Positions 13,320-25,500 of a DNA stretch of 64,000 nt are shown here, in pieces. This DNA is from Asterias rubens (taxonomy: Eukaryota), in NCBI RefSeq assembly GCF_902459465.1, contig NC_047076.1, positions 248,001 to 312,000 of the forward strand, read 5' to 3'. Positions within the stretch are counted from its first letter, which is position 1. Every line of letters begins with the position of its first letter. Made by a program: the position numbers and the translations under genes. Below the pieces are notes generated by a model. The model was not told where the DNA came from. It saw only the letters and a list, made by a program, of their open reading frames with translations, and did no database searches.

Positions 13320-13483
13320 AAAATTGCACTGAGAAAACAGATTAATTACGAATAGAATCTAACTTAAAAATGTAAAATTGCACTGAGAAAACAGATTAAT
13401 TACGAATAGAATCTAACTTAAAAATGTAAAATTGCACTGAGAAAACAGATTAATTACGAATAGAATCTAACTTAAAAATGTAA
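13320..13483. repeat. 54-bp tandem repeat, 3 copies
   Basis: AAAATTGCACTGAGAAAACAGATTAATTACGAATAGAATCTAACTTAAAAATGT x3, immediately upstream of the first ABCB1 coding exon. Confidence 0.9.
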
Positions 13484-13557
13484 ACTGAACAAACGTTACC
13501 TTTAAGGTTTTATGTCTTTGATCAATAATTCCAGATGAGATTGTAATAGATGACATA

Positions 13558-16500
13558 ATGACTTTTGAGGAGGGCAACCCAACCTCAGAAGGAGCTCTTC
13601 CAAGAGAACTTCCAGGAGTCGCTGAAAGTCACGATGTAATATACTCTGATATCACCCAAAATAATAAGAATCCAGGTAAGACTTTTATACCAATGCCCCT
13701 TTCAGTTTAAAATGACCATTTGCTATTCTCTCAATTATTATTTGAATTATTAGTTGGTTAATTGCTAAAATCACATTGCAACCAACGGCCAATTTACGTG
13801 ACATTTACAATATTGAGAATTACACTGTTAAATCTTAGAAAATCTGAAACAAAAACATACAAAAATACACACTGGAAAAGACAAATGCAAACTTTATTAA
13901 TTACATTTGGGAGATAAACTGAGAAATGACAGAGGTTAATTATGTATACACCTCAAAAATATTGATAAAAAAAACAAGACACAAGATCATAGACTGAGAG
14001 GAGAATATTGAACTAAAGGTAGAGTCTCATACCGTCTTCTTTTTTTCCCCTTTCTTTCCAGAAATGAAAGTGTCTGAACCAGCTGACAATGACAACTTAG
14101 AAAACAAAACTGCAATTGTTGAAGACACAAAACTGGCCTTAAAGGAAGGAACTAAGACTGAGACAGAGGTTGAGAAGGTGGAAGTCAAAACTAGAAATGT
14201 TAGCACTCTTCAACTTGTAAGTTCTACCTGCCATTGCTCTTCCTTGTGATGAATTTAAATTTGTTTTAAAAATCATTCAAACAAAGACTAATGAATGGAT
14301 TTTCATAAATCTGTCATTTATAAAGACTAATGAATGGATTTTCATAAATCTGTCATATCTTTCTGCATACTTTTTATTCTGCTACTGTGTAGGAGTCTCA
14401 CATGGTCTCCTCCTCAAATTGCCCCCCCCCCCCACTTGAATCACTGGTACTTCCCCCATCACAGCCCGTCTTTCCAGTGCTGCTGCTTTGAGTTCATTGG
14501 TATCACAACCTGACCCTTCAGGGGAACAATACAATGTGTCAAGTGTTTTTTTCATAAGAAACAGTCATAATTTCTGTCTTTGTTTAAATAAATCTTTGAA
14601 CAAGTCTGAATAAAAGATTGTCAGCTAAGGCTCTTGCTATGATACTCCGGCATAGCCATTGCTGAAGCAATCAAATGTTCATTTTTTGTTGTCTGCACAC
14701 AGTTTCGGTTTGCTGGTCCTCTTGAGATCTTGATTATAATCTTAGCTATGATACTAGCGGTGGCTCAAGGAGCTGCACTCCCAATGGTTCTGTTTTTCTT
14801 CGGAGGAGTGACGGATGCTTTCATTGATTTCGGTCGTAACTCGGTAATTACTGAGATGACATCAGAGCGTAACGTAACGGATACCATGGTTACAATGGCT
14901 ACTCCACCGTAAGTCTTTACATTTTGCTGTTTTTACACAAAGTTATTTACATTTTGCTGTTTTTACTGTATTTAGTAGACACTGTATCCAATTAAACTTT
15001 AACAGGTGAATTTTATTGTGTCTGTCTTGATAATATTGCCTATAGGTCAGCATTATGTTGAAAAAAACCTTAAATGATGAACCTACCTTAAAAAAAACCC
15101 CAGTGAAGTCAACTAATCTACAAAACATAATGTTGAGATTTTTCTTTTTTATCAAAATTATGAAGAATGAAAGGAATAAGGACTTGTGGTTTTCATATTT
15201 TACTATTGAAACAAATCTGACAATAATGATCAACTTTTCATCTTATTCATCATTTTGTTAATACATTTTTGGTGATGTGTTTAGCACTGTCTAATCAGTA
15301 CTTTCCAGAGCTCTGGTAAAAAAATCACAGGCATATTACTAGGATGGGAATTGAACCCACGATCTTTGCAATTCTAGAGCGATGTAAATGGGTAAAACAA
15401 AAAATTATTATTCTTTATCCCGATGCAAATTTCCATCTATTAAAACATTTTGTGTTTCTTCTTTACAACAGACCGGTATCGAATCCTATTGCCATAGTTA
15501 CTGAGTTCTCCTACTACTATGCTATCCTGGGCGTCATCATAATGCTTGTAGGATACTTACAAAACATGTTATGGAATACAGCGGCTGAGAGACAGATTTA
15601 TAAGATCCGACTAAGATTCTATCAAGCAATACTTCGGCAGGAAACAGCTTGGTTCGACACTCATAAAGCTGGAGAACTAACATCAAGGGTATCAGAGTAT
15701 GTAGAATGGTTGTCTTCTCTTACAATTATCCAAAATATCAACAACAACAAATATTATAGCTTTTATTACACTTTTCTCTTTTTTAAGAAAAGGTAACTTT
15801 ATTGTACTTACTCTCTTAGATTTCAAAGAGGAAATCAAAGTTATGGTCATTGAAAAGTATGTTCACTTAAAAATTATTCTTGGATATTTAATGACTTGAT
15901 TTGTAACTTGTCCAAGAACATAGAATGTTTGTTTTCTTTTGACAATTTGAAGAACAACAACTCTCTGGTCAGTTGAGATTGGTATATACCAAGAATTGTT
16001 TGGCTTCTGTATTTATTTTACTAATCCACAAAAAAATCACCAGTTAGGATTTTTGTAACTATGTTTTCCTTTTGCTTCCACAGAGAAACTTCCTCTTGTT
16101 TCCATGGAGAGACAAACTTAAAAATTGTTAAACAAAACCGTCTTATTATCAAAACATTTGTCATTTTGATTTTTATTCCATTCTTTTCCAAAAGGACATT
16201 GACAAAATCTATGATGGATTCACTTGCCAACTTTTTCAGAAAAACCTTTTTAATTATTTTTTTATTATTTCCATTCTTTTGCAAAGGGATATTGATAAAA
16301 TCCGTAGTGGATTTGGTGACAAGCTTGGTCTTCTCCTGCAGTACACTGGGACTGCAGTTGGAGGTATCGCTCTTGGATTTATCAAGTCTTGGAAACTTAC
16401 TCTAGTTATTTTATCTGTAGCTGTTGTCATTATGGTACCGTCTGTATCCATTGGAATTGGGGTAAGTTGACTATCCAATGATTTGGGCCCAATTTAATGG

Positions 16501-19500
16501 CTCTACTGTCGTAAGCAAATAAGCAGTGCTTATGTAAGCAGGGAATTCTGCGCTCATGTGCAAACTCTAGGGCCAAATTAAAACTGTAAAGCAGAAAATA
16601 CTGCAAAAATTGAGTCAGGCACCAGCCACAACAATGCCAATTTTATGTAATTTGGGCTCACTGGTAACCTATTTCTGCTAAGCAGAACTAATCTGTGCTT
16701 ACCAAGTTTTTGTGCTTACAGGTTTTATGAAATTGGGCCTAGGTTACTAGTCATACTTTGCTTACACAGCTAGCGCAGAAATTCAGTGCTTGCACAGTAA
16801 GCGGAGAATGGTGACTTTAAAGCGCTGTTTTCATTTGTGAGCAGAGCCATGAAAATAGGCCCATGTGTCAACTTTGAAGCATCTACATTGATTAAATCAT
16901 CTTAACCTTCTTTGAAAACAGATGATTCGTAAGATGGCTAAAACTGCCTTAGATGCTTATGCCTCGGCTGGGGCTATTGCTGAAGAGGTTCTCTCTTCCA
17001 TCAGGACTGTGGCAGCTTTTGGAGGAGAACAGAAAGAAGTCGAAAGGTAAACATTTAACTCTTCTGCTTTCAAATATTTGACTACCACAATTTAGAAAAC
17101 TTAGAGGTTTGCAATCGGACACAGGGAGGTTTGTAACAGCAAGGACTATTTCAAATTTATCGGATAAAATTTTGATTTTTTAATTCTTTTTGATAGGTAT
17201 ACCAAAAGTTTATACAGTGCCAAGAAGCAATCCATTAAGAAAGATACAGTGCAGTCGTTCTTGGTTGGAACCTTCTACTTCAACTTCTATGCAACGTATG
17301 CGTTGGCTTTCTGGTAAGTCAACTCAGTGTCTTGCTTTAAGATGGTTAAATGGGGATCAGGTTGGCTCAGTGGTTTCTATCTCGGCCTTTTACCTATGTG
17401 CACCCCGGTTCGAATCCCTTGCGCTCAGATTGGGTTTTCAATCCCTACCTGATTGCCTGGGTACCTCCCCCATTGGGTTTTCAATCTCTACCTGATTGCG
17501 TGGGTACCTCCCTCATTGGGTTTTCAATCCCTACCTGATTGCGTGGGTACCTCCCCCATTGGGTTTTCAATCCCTACCTGATTGCGTGGGTACCTCCCCA
17601 TTGGGTTTTCAATCCCTACCTGATTGCGTGGGTACCTCCCCTATTGGGTTTTCAATCCCTACCTGATTGCGTGGGTACCTCCCCCATTGGGTTTTCAATC
17701 CCTACCTGATTGCGTGGGTACCTCCCCCATTGGGTTTTCAATCCCTACCTGATTGCGTGGGTACCTCCCCCATTGGGTTTTCAATCCCTACCTGATTGCG
17801 TGGGTACCTCCCCCATTGGGTTTTCAATCTCTACCTGATTGCGTGGGTACCTCCCCCATTGGGTTTTCAATCCCTACCTGATTGCGTGGGTACCTCCCCA
17901 ATTGGGTTTTCCACCCACATGAGGAACTGAGCATTTTTAATCGTTTCCAATTCATCCTGGGGTTTTTTGCGGTAACTGTGCCAGTGGGTGTTTAAATTTT
18001 TGTTTTTAATACACAAAAAAAAATTTAAATGATTCAGACAAAATTGTTTGTAGGCCTATACTGTGTGTAAAATATCAATAACAAGACTGTTTTGGTCTTT
18101 ATTTTTAATCAATGGATCAATTATTTGTGTCTTTCAGGTATGGGTCAACGCTGTATTTAAGTAATGAAATCACCCCTGGAGACATCATTGTGGTATGTTC
18201 TTTTTTCTTATCACTGACTTAACAAAAAACATTTAAAAAGAGGAATCCCGAAGCAAGATGTTTAATTACTCACCAAACTTTTCAGAACTGAGAAGTCACC
18301 CGAATTCCAAAGTCTACTCCTTGGTAGTATAATATATAGCAAGACAAGTTCTCAAAAGAACATGGTGTTACCGCACACCAAATATATTGATACCTCAACA
18401 TACAATGCCTCAAATCCTATATCTTACTAAACTTTGTACTCAACAGGCTTTTCTGTCCATCCTAATTGGAGCGTTCTCATTGGGTCAAGGCACTCCTTTC
18501 ATCACTGATTTCATCACAGCTAGAGGAGCAGCTAGTACCATCTGGGAGATTATTGACCAGGTAGGTTCCACTCCCCTCGAACCCATTTCCAGATCACCTC
18601 TTTTAAGGCATGTTGATTTGGTCAGTACCGCTTGTTTAATTTGTAGTTTATTTTGCAAATAATGTTTGAATTTTCTTGTTGCCATACCATAGATTCCAGA
18701 TATTGATAATTCATCTGACCTTGGCCTGAAGCCACAGTCATTGACCGGTGACATCACTTTTAAGAATGTCCATTTCTGCTATCCATCCAGACCAGACACT
18801 CAGGTGAGAGTACAACCTAGAATTTGGTATTTTATTTTATTTTTTGTGAGGTATCACCCAACTCACAAGGCCAAACGGCCAATTTGTTGTGAGGGTTACA
18901 CTTAACTGATTTGGGGCTGTCAATCCAAATCAACTGTCACCAGGGGCACGTTGCCACCTACTCCTGGGGCTGACACACGGTTACCCCCTTCACAGTCCCT
19001 AAAGGATGTAGGCATGGGTATCATCCACTAGGAGCCACCTACTCCAGGGAGGGGCTGACACACGGTTACCCCCTTCACAGTCCCTAAAGGATGTAGGCAT
19101 GGGTATCATCCACTAGGAGCCACCTACTCCTGGGGCTGACACAGGGTTAACCCCTTCATAGTCCCTAAAGGATGTAGGCATGGGTATCATCCACTAGGAG
19201 CCACCTACTCCTGGGGCTGAAACAGGGTTACCCCTTCACAGTCCATAAGGATGTAGGCATGGGTATCATCCACTAGGAGCCACCTACTCCTGGGGCTGAC
19301 ACAGGGTTAACACCTTCATAGTCCCTAAAGGATGTAGGCATGGGTATCGTCCACTAGGAGCCACCTACTCCTGGGGCTGACACAGGGTTAACCCCTTCAT
19401 AGTCCCTAAAGGATGTAGGCATGGGTATCGTCCACTAGGAGCCACCTACTCCTGGGGCTGAAACAGGGTTACCCCCTTCACAGTCTGTAAGGATGTAGGC

Positions 19501-22500
19501 ATGGGTATCATCCACTAGGAGCCACCTACTCCTAGGGCTGGAACAGGGTTAACACCTTCATAGTCCCTAAAGGATGTAGGCATGGGTATCGTCCACTAGG
19601 AGCCACCTACTCCTGGGGCTGACACAGGGTTAACCCCTTCATAGTCCCTAAAGGATGTAGGCATGGGTATCATCCACTAGGAGCCACCTACTCCTGGGGC
19701 TGACACAGGGTTAACCCCTTCATAGTCCCTAAAGGATGTAGGCATGGGTATCATCCACTAGGAGCCACCTACTCCTGGGGCTGACACAGGGTTAACCCCT
19801 TCACAGTCCCTAAAGGATGTAGGCATGGGTATCATCCACTAGGAGCCACCTACTCCTGGGGCTGACACAGGGTTAACCCATTCACAGTCCCTAAAGGATG
19901 TAGGCATGGGTAACATCCACTAGGAGCCACTACTCCTGGGGCTGAAACGGGGTTACCCCCTTCACAGTCTGTAAGAATGATAGAAGCCTGGTAGGAGCCT
20001 GGTTGGTAAAGCAGAATTCACTCTCGCCCAAACTTTTCGTAGAGACTATAGAGCTGATAGTCGGTCTTCTTGAAGAAAAAAAACCTAACATATTTTGGAC
20101 ATTCTATTTATTTTTATAAACCTCTAATTTTATTTGGCTTTGTCAGTTTGTTAAAGGTTTCTTCAATGAAATTTACAAATGAAACTAATAGTTATGAAAA
20201 TAAACTAAGGTTTAAGGAACGTCCCAAGCCCTTGAAGTCATTGAAATAATAGTCTTTTACAAAAATACATTTCTACAATGGCACTTATTACCTATTTTTG
20301 TACATTTATCTCCATCAACTCTTTTGCTTTATTTTTAAAGGTGTTGAATGGTTTGACCTTAGAGGTCAAACAAGGTCAGACAGTTGCATTGGTTGGTAGT
20401 AGCGGATGTGGTAAGAGTACCACAGTACAACTCGTCCAGCGCTTCTATGATCCATTGTCTGGATCGGTGAGTCTTTGTCTTTCTTTCATAAGACTTTTAT
20501 GCTGGAAATTTGTCCAAAGACAAAACAAAAAAAGTACAAATTGATAATTGTTACACCTATGTGTTAATTGTTTGATTATAATATAAACATATCTTCATCA
20601 GGTCAAACTAGATGGGAATGACTTTGCGCGACATCAATGTCAGGTGGCTGAGAGAGAACATTGGAGTGGTCAGCCAAGAACCTGTCCTATTCGCTACCAC
20701 CATTGCTGAGAATATCCGCTACGGTCGTGTGGATGCAACAGATGAAGAGATAAAAGCAGCTGCAAAGGAGGCTAATGCTCATGACTTCATATCTGCCTTA
20801 CCAGACGTAAGTTTTTTCATCTACACTTTCTCGCCACTATTTTACTTCTCAATAAAGATTATTAAAACAATCTTTTTGAAAATAAAAATCTCATTATTTT
20901 TTCTCAGGGATATGAGACGCTTGTTGGTGACCGAGGGGCTCAGCTGTCTGGTGGTCAGAAGCAACGTGTTGCCATCGCGAGGGCGCTAGTTCGTAATCCA
21001 AAGATCCTCTTGTTGGATGAAGCTACATCAGCCCTTGATACGGAGAGTGAGGCTACTGTCCAAGCAGCCCTTGATAAGGTAGGCTCTGCTACGGCTATAT
21101 ATGGATATGGCTAGATATGGATATGGCTAAATATGGATATGGCTAGATATGGATATGGCTATATATGGATATGGCTAGATATGGATATGGCTAGATATAT
21201 AGATATGGCTAGATATGGATATGGCTAGATATGGATATGGCTAGATATGGATATGGCTATATATGGATATGGCTAGATATGGATATGGCTATATATGGAT
21301 ATGGCTAGATATAGATATGGCTAGATGTGGATATGGCTAGATATAGATATGGCTAGATATAGATATGGCTAGATATGGATATGGCTAGATATAGATATGG
21401 CTAGATATGGATATGGCTAGATATAGATATGGCTAGATATAGATATGGCTAGATATGGATATGGCTAGATATAGATATGGCTAGATATAGATATGGCTAG
21501 ATATGGATATGGCTAGATATAGATATGGCTAGATATGGATATGGCTAGATATAGATATGACTGCTTGGATTCCTATGTCAGCCAATATGAGAGTACAGTC
21601 AGTGACATCTTGGATAAATACGCACCTTGGAAAACGAGATCAGTCAAGGTCCGAACTGAAGTCTCCTGGTTCAATGATGATATTCGTACAGCGAGAAAGA
21701 TCTGTCGTCAACTGGAGCGGAAGTGGCGGAAAAATGGCAAATTGGCAACACAACGACAAGAATATCGCAACCAATGTAAAGTAGTTAGGAATTTGATCAA
21801 CCAGGCAAAGATCATCCATTATTCATCTCAAGTACAAGAATCCTCAGGAGATCAAAAGAAGCTCTTCAAGATAATTGGTAAGTTGTTGCTCAAACCCAAA
21901 ACCCCTGTCCTTCCATCCACCTACAATAACCAGGACTTAGCAAACGAGTTCCAGAAATTCTTTGTCACCAAGATTTCAGACATCCGCTCATCATTTTCAT
22001 CAGTCCCTTACAACGTGCCGCAGACATTGCCACATCTTCAACCAGAGTGTAGACTATCTGTGTTTGAGCCTGCCACTGTTGCTGAGATTCAAAGGGTTAT
22101 TATGAAATCTCCTTCAAAATCCTGTGAGCTGGATCCAGTATCAACATCCATGATAAAGCAAAACATTGATATATTTGTACCCTACATCACTAAGCTTGTA
22201 AACGAATCTCTCAGTTCCGGTTGTTTCCCCGATAGCCTCAAAGTTTCCTACATCAGGCCGCTCATCAAGAAACCAAACCTGGACAAGGAGATATTTAAAA
22301 ACTACAGACCGGTTGCAAACTTAAAATATCTTGGAAAAGTCATCGAACGAGTAGTGTCATCACGTATTTCTGATCACATTCATACTTTCAACCTGTCCGA
22401 CGTGTTCCAGTCAGCATACAAGCCTTTCCATGGGACAGAGGCTGCACTAGTCCGTGTGAGCAACGATATTCTCTCTTCTATGGACAATGGTAACCTTACA

Positions 22501-25500
22501 GCACTAGTCCTGCTAGACCTGAGTGCTGCTTTTGACACTGTTGATCATAACATCCTTCTCTCTCGGCTCCAGAATCACCTTGGCATAGAGGACACAGCCC
22601 TAGCATGGTGCAAATCGTATCTCCACAATAGAACTCAGCATGTATGTATTAGCACTGCGATATCCGACCCTGTTGTTTTGAACTACTCTGTGCCACAGGG
22701 GTCGGTACTCGGCCCGCAGTGGTTTACGCTGTACACTTTACCGATTCGTGACATCATCCTCAAATTTAATCTGAATTACCATGTGTACGCAGACGACACT
22801 CAGCTATACATCACGTTTAAATCTTCTCAAGAAAACGCAAATGCATCTATTGCAAGACTTGAGAAATGCATCCAAGAGATTCGACGTTGGACACAACAAA
22901 ACTTCCTGAAGTTAAATGATGATAAGACAGAGTTCCTTTTATTTGGGTCACGTCAACAGTTAACTAAGGTTTCAGTGCCATACATCTCCATCGGTGATGC
23001 TCGGATAGCTCCCTCGCTAAAAGCTCGGAACTTGGGGGTTATTTTTGATTCATCGATGACACTTCAGCCACACATCAACAATATTGTTCGTTTATCATCA
23101 TATCACATCAGGAATATAGGTAAGATTCGCAAGTACTTGGATAAAAGTGCCACTGAAAAGGTCATTCACGCATTTGTTACTTCTCGTCTTGACAACGGCA
23201 ATGCTCTTCTATACAGTCTACCTAACAATCAGATTTCCCGACTTCAACGGCTCCAAAATACTGCTGCCCGCATTGTGACACTGTCTAGAAAATCCTGTTC
23301 TATCACCCCCATTCTGAAACAACTACACTGGCTCCCTATCTCTCAACGAATCATCTTCAAGCTGATGCTCATTGTCCACAAAGCTCTAAATGGCAAGGCT
23401 CCCCACTATATTTCTGAACTGCTTCAAGTTTACACTCCATCAAGGAATCTTCGATCAAGTTCCATGCTTCTCCTCATTGAACCCAAGTCTCGACACTTAT
23501 GGGGTGACAGGTCTTTTTCTTCAGCCGCGCCACGCATCTGGAACTCTCTACCACTTAATCTTCGATCTTGTGTTTGTACCGCAAAATTCAAGTCTCTTCT
23601 CAAAACTTATCTTATGTCACAGGTTTTCAATGACTAATTTTGTTGTGTCTGTTTTTCTTTGTGTTTTGTTTTTGTTTTTGTTTTGGTTTTACTGCGCCTT
23701 GAACACCCAGCAGGGTGGATATGTGCGCATTACAAGTCTTATTATTATTATTATTATTATTATATGGCTAGATATGGATAAGGCTAGATATAGATATGGC
23801 TAGATATAGATATGGCTAGATATGGATATGGCTAGATATAGATATGGCTAGATATGGATATGGCTAGATATAGATATGGGTACTATATATGCTGTAAGTT
23901 TGTTATGATTTAAAGCTAAGAGAGGTTAATGGTAACACCATGTGTATGAAGTCTTATTGGGATACAAGTTTCTCGGTTGCAGCCCCCCACCTGTGGAATG
24001 GCTTGCCTCTCACCTTTAGATCAAAACCTGACATTTTTTCATTCAAATCCAATCTCAAAACTTACCTCTTTAATCAAGCCTACCATTAATTTTTCCCTTG
24101 GTCATATATTAGCGGAGTGAATAATTTTTTCCAGATACCAGCGCTTTATAAGATTTATTATTTTTAGGTGTAAATCTCTTTTGAGTAGTGTTGGTTCTGA
24201 AAATAAGCGATGGCTAATGACTCCACATTTCAATCAGTATGCTCTGATCATCTACATCAATTTAATCTGCTAAGGCTTCCTACAAGAGTTGTACTCTATT
24301 TAAAACTCTTGTATTAACCTTGAAAATGTTAAAGGTCCTTCATATTGTGCCATTGTTCAGCTGCCTGCAGGACTTTATTTTAGTAATGTTGGTTCTGAAA
24401 AGAACCAGTGGTTAACGACTCAACGTTTTGATCATCGTGCTCTGATCGTCTACATCAAGTTAATCTTCTAAGATTTTCTACAAGAACTTTACTCAATTAA
24501 AAAGTCTGGTATTAATCCTCACAACATCAACGGTCATTCAAGTTGTGACATTTAGTTGAGTTGCCTGCAGGACTTTATTTTAGCATCTACACACTCAATC
24601 TTCCCCAGGTCCAGGCTGGCCGTACCACTATCGTCATCGCCCACCGTCTCTCAACAATTCAAAATGCAGACGTCATATGTAGCTTTAAAGACGGCAACAT
24701 CTTTGAGAAAGGTTCTCATGAAGTCTTGATGCAAGATAAGAATGGTTTGTACTCTGGTTTAGTCCAACTCCAGAGTCGTAAGGAAGAGAAGACTAAAGAG
24801 GAGGCAGAGGTGAAGGAAGAGGAATATGAAGATGAGGATGAAGAAGAAATTGAAGTAAAAGGTGAGATAGAAATTGTTTAAAATGCCTTTTTGGGGTACT
24901 TTTTCCCCCAAACATTTTTGTTTGTCAAAGGTTATGAAATGAAACAATTACTAGCAGAGTTTTTTAAAAGTAGTTTATTTAGTTCAATGCTTCATTTGTA
25001 TTTTCTTTTTTAATTCAAATGGTTGACTGATTTCCGTTCTTTTTTACAAATCAAATCATTAATTAGTGAATGCCCCAGGAAAGTTACCTTCTATCTGTCA
25101 AGTTGCTGATGCTACATCCACTGGTAAAGTGTGCACAAACACAATCTAACTGTGTGGCCTTTACTTCTAAGTCATGGAAAATAATACCACTTCCCAAACT
25201 ATTTGTGAAAAATTATTGGTACATAAATAGCCATTTTCGCGCTTTGAAAAAGAGGAATTTATAAGTGACATCACAATTAGCGATTAATGACAAATCATTG
25301 ACTGGGTAAATTTTAAATGACTTTAAATGAGGCTACCGTCCTTTAAATAACAACACATTTTGTTCACAGCGTGAACCCAGAAATAACTTTTTTCAAACTG
25401 ATGAGATTGTTGCTAGATGCTGATGTTTTCTATATAGATATCACGTGTGTAGTGAATTTCCTGTGTGATTTATATGGAACATTTGGATCTGGGGCCAATT

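Noticed and set aside
17352-17420. tRNA-like sequence with A and B boxes (also 26830-26890, 47165-47230, 50765-50825)
   Set aside because: No complete cloverleaf, and each runs into a repeat body. These are SINE heads, not tRNA genes.
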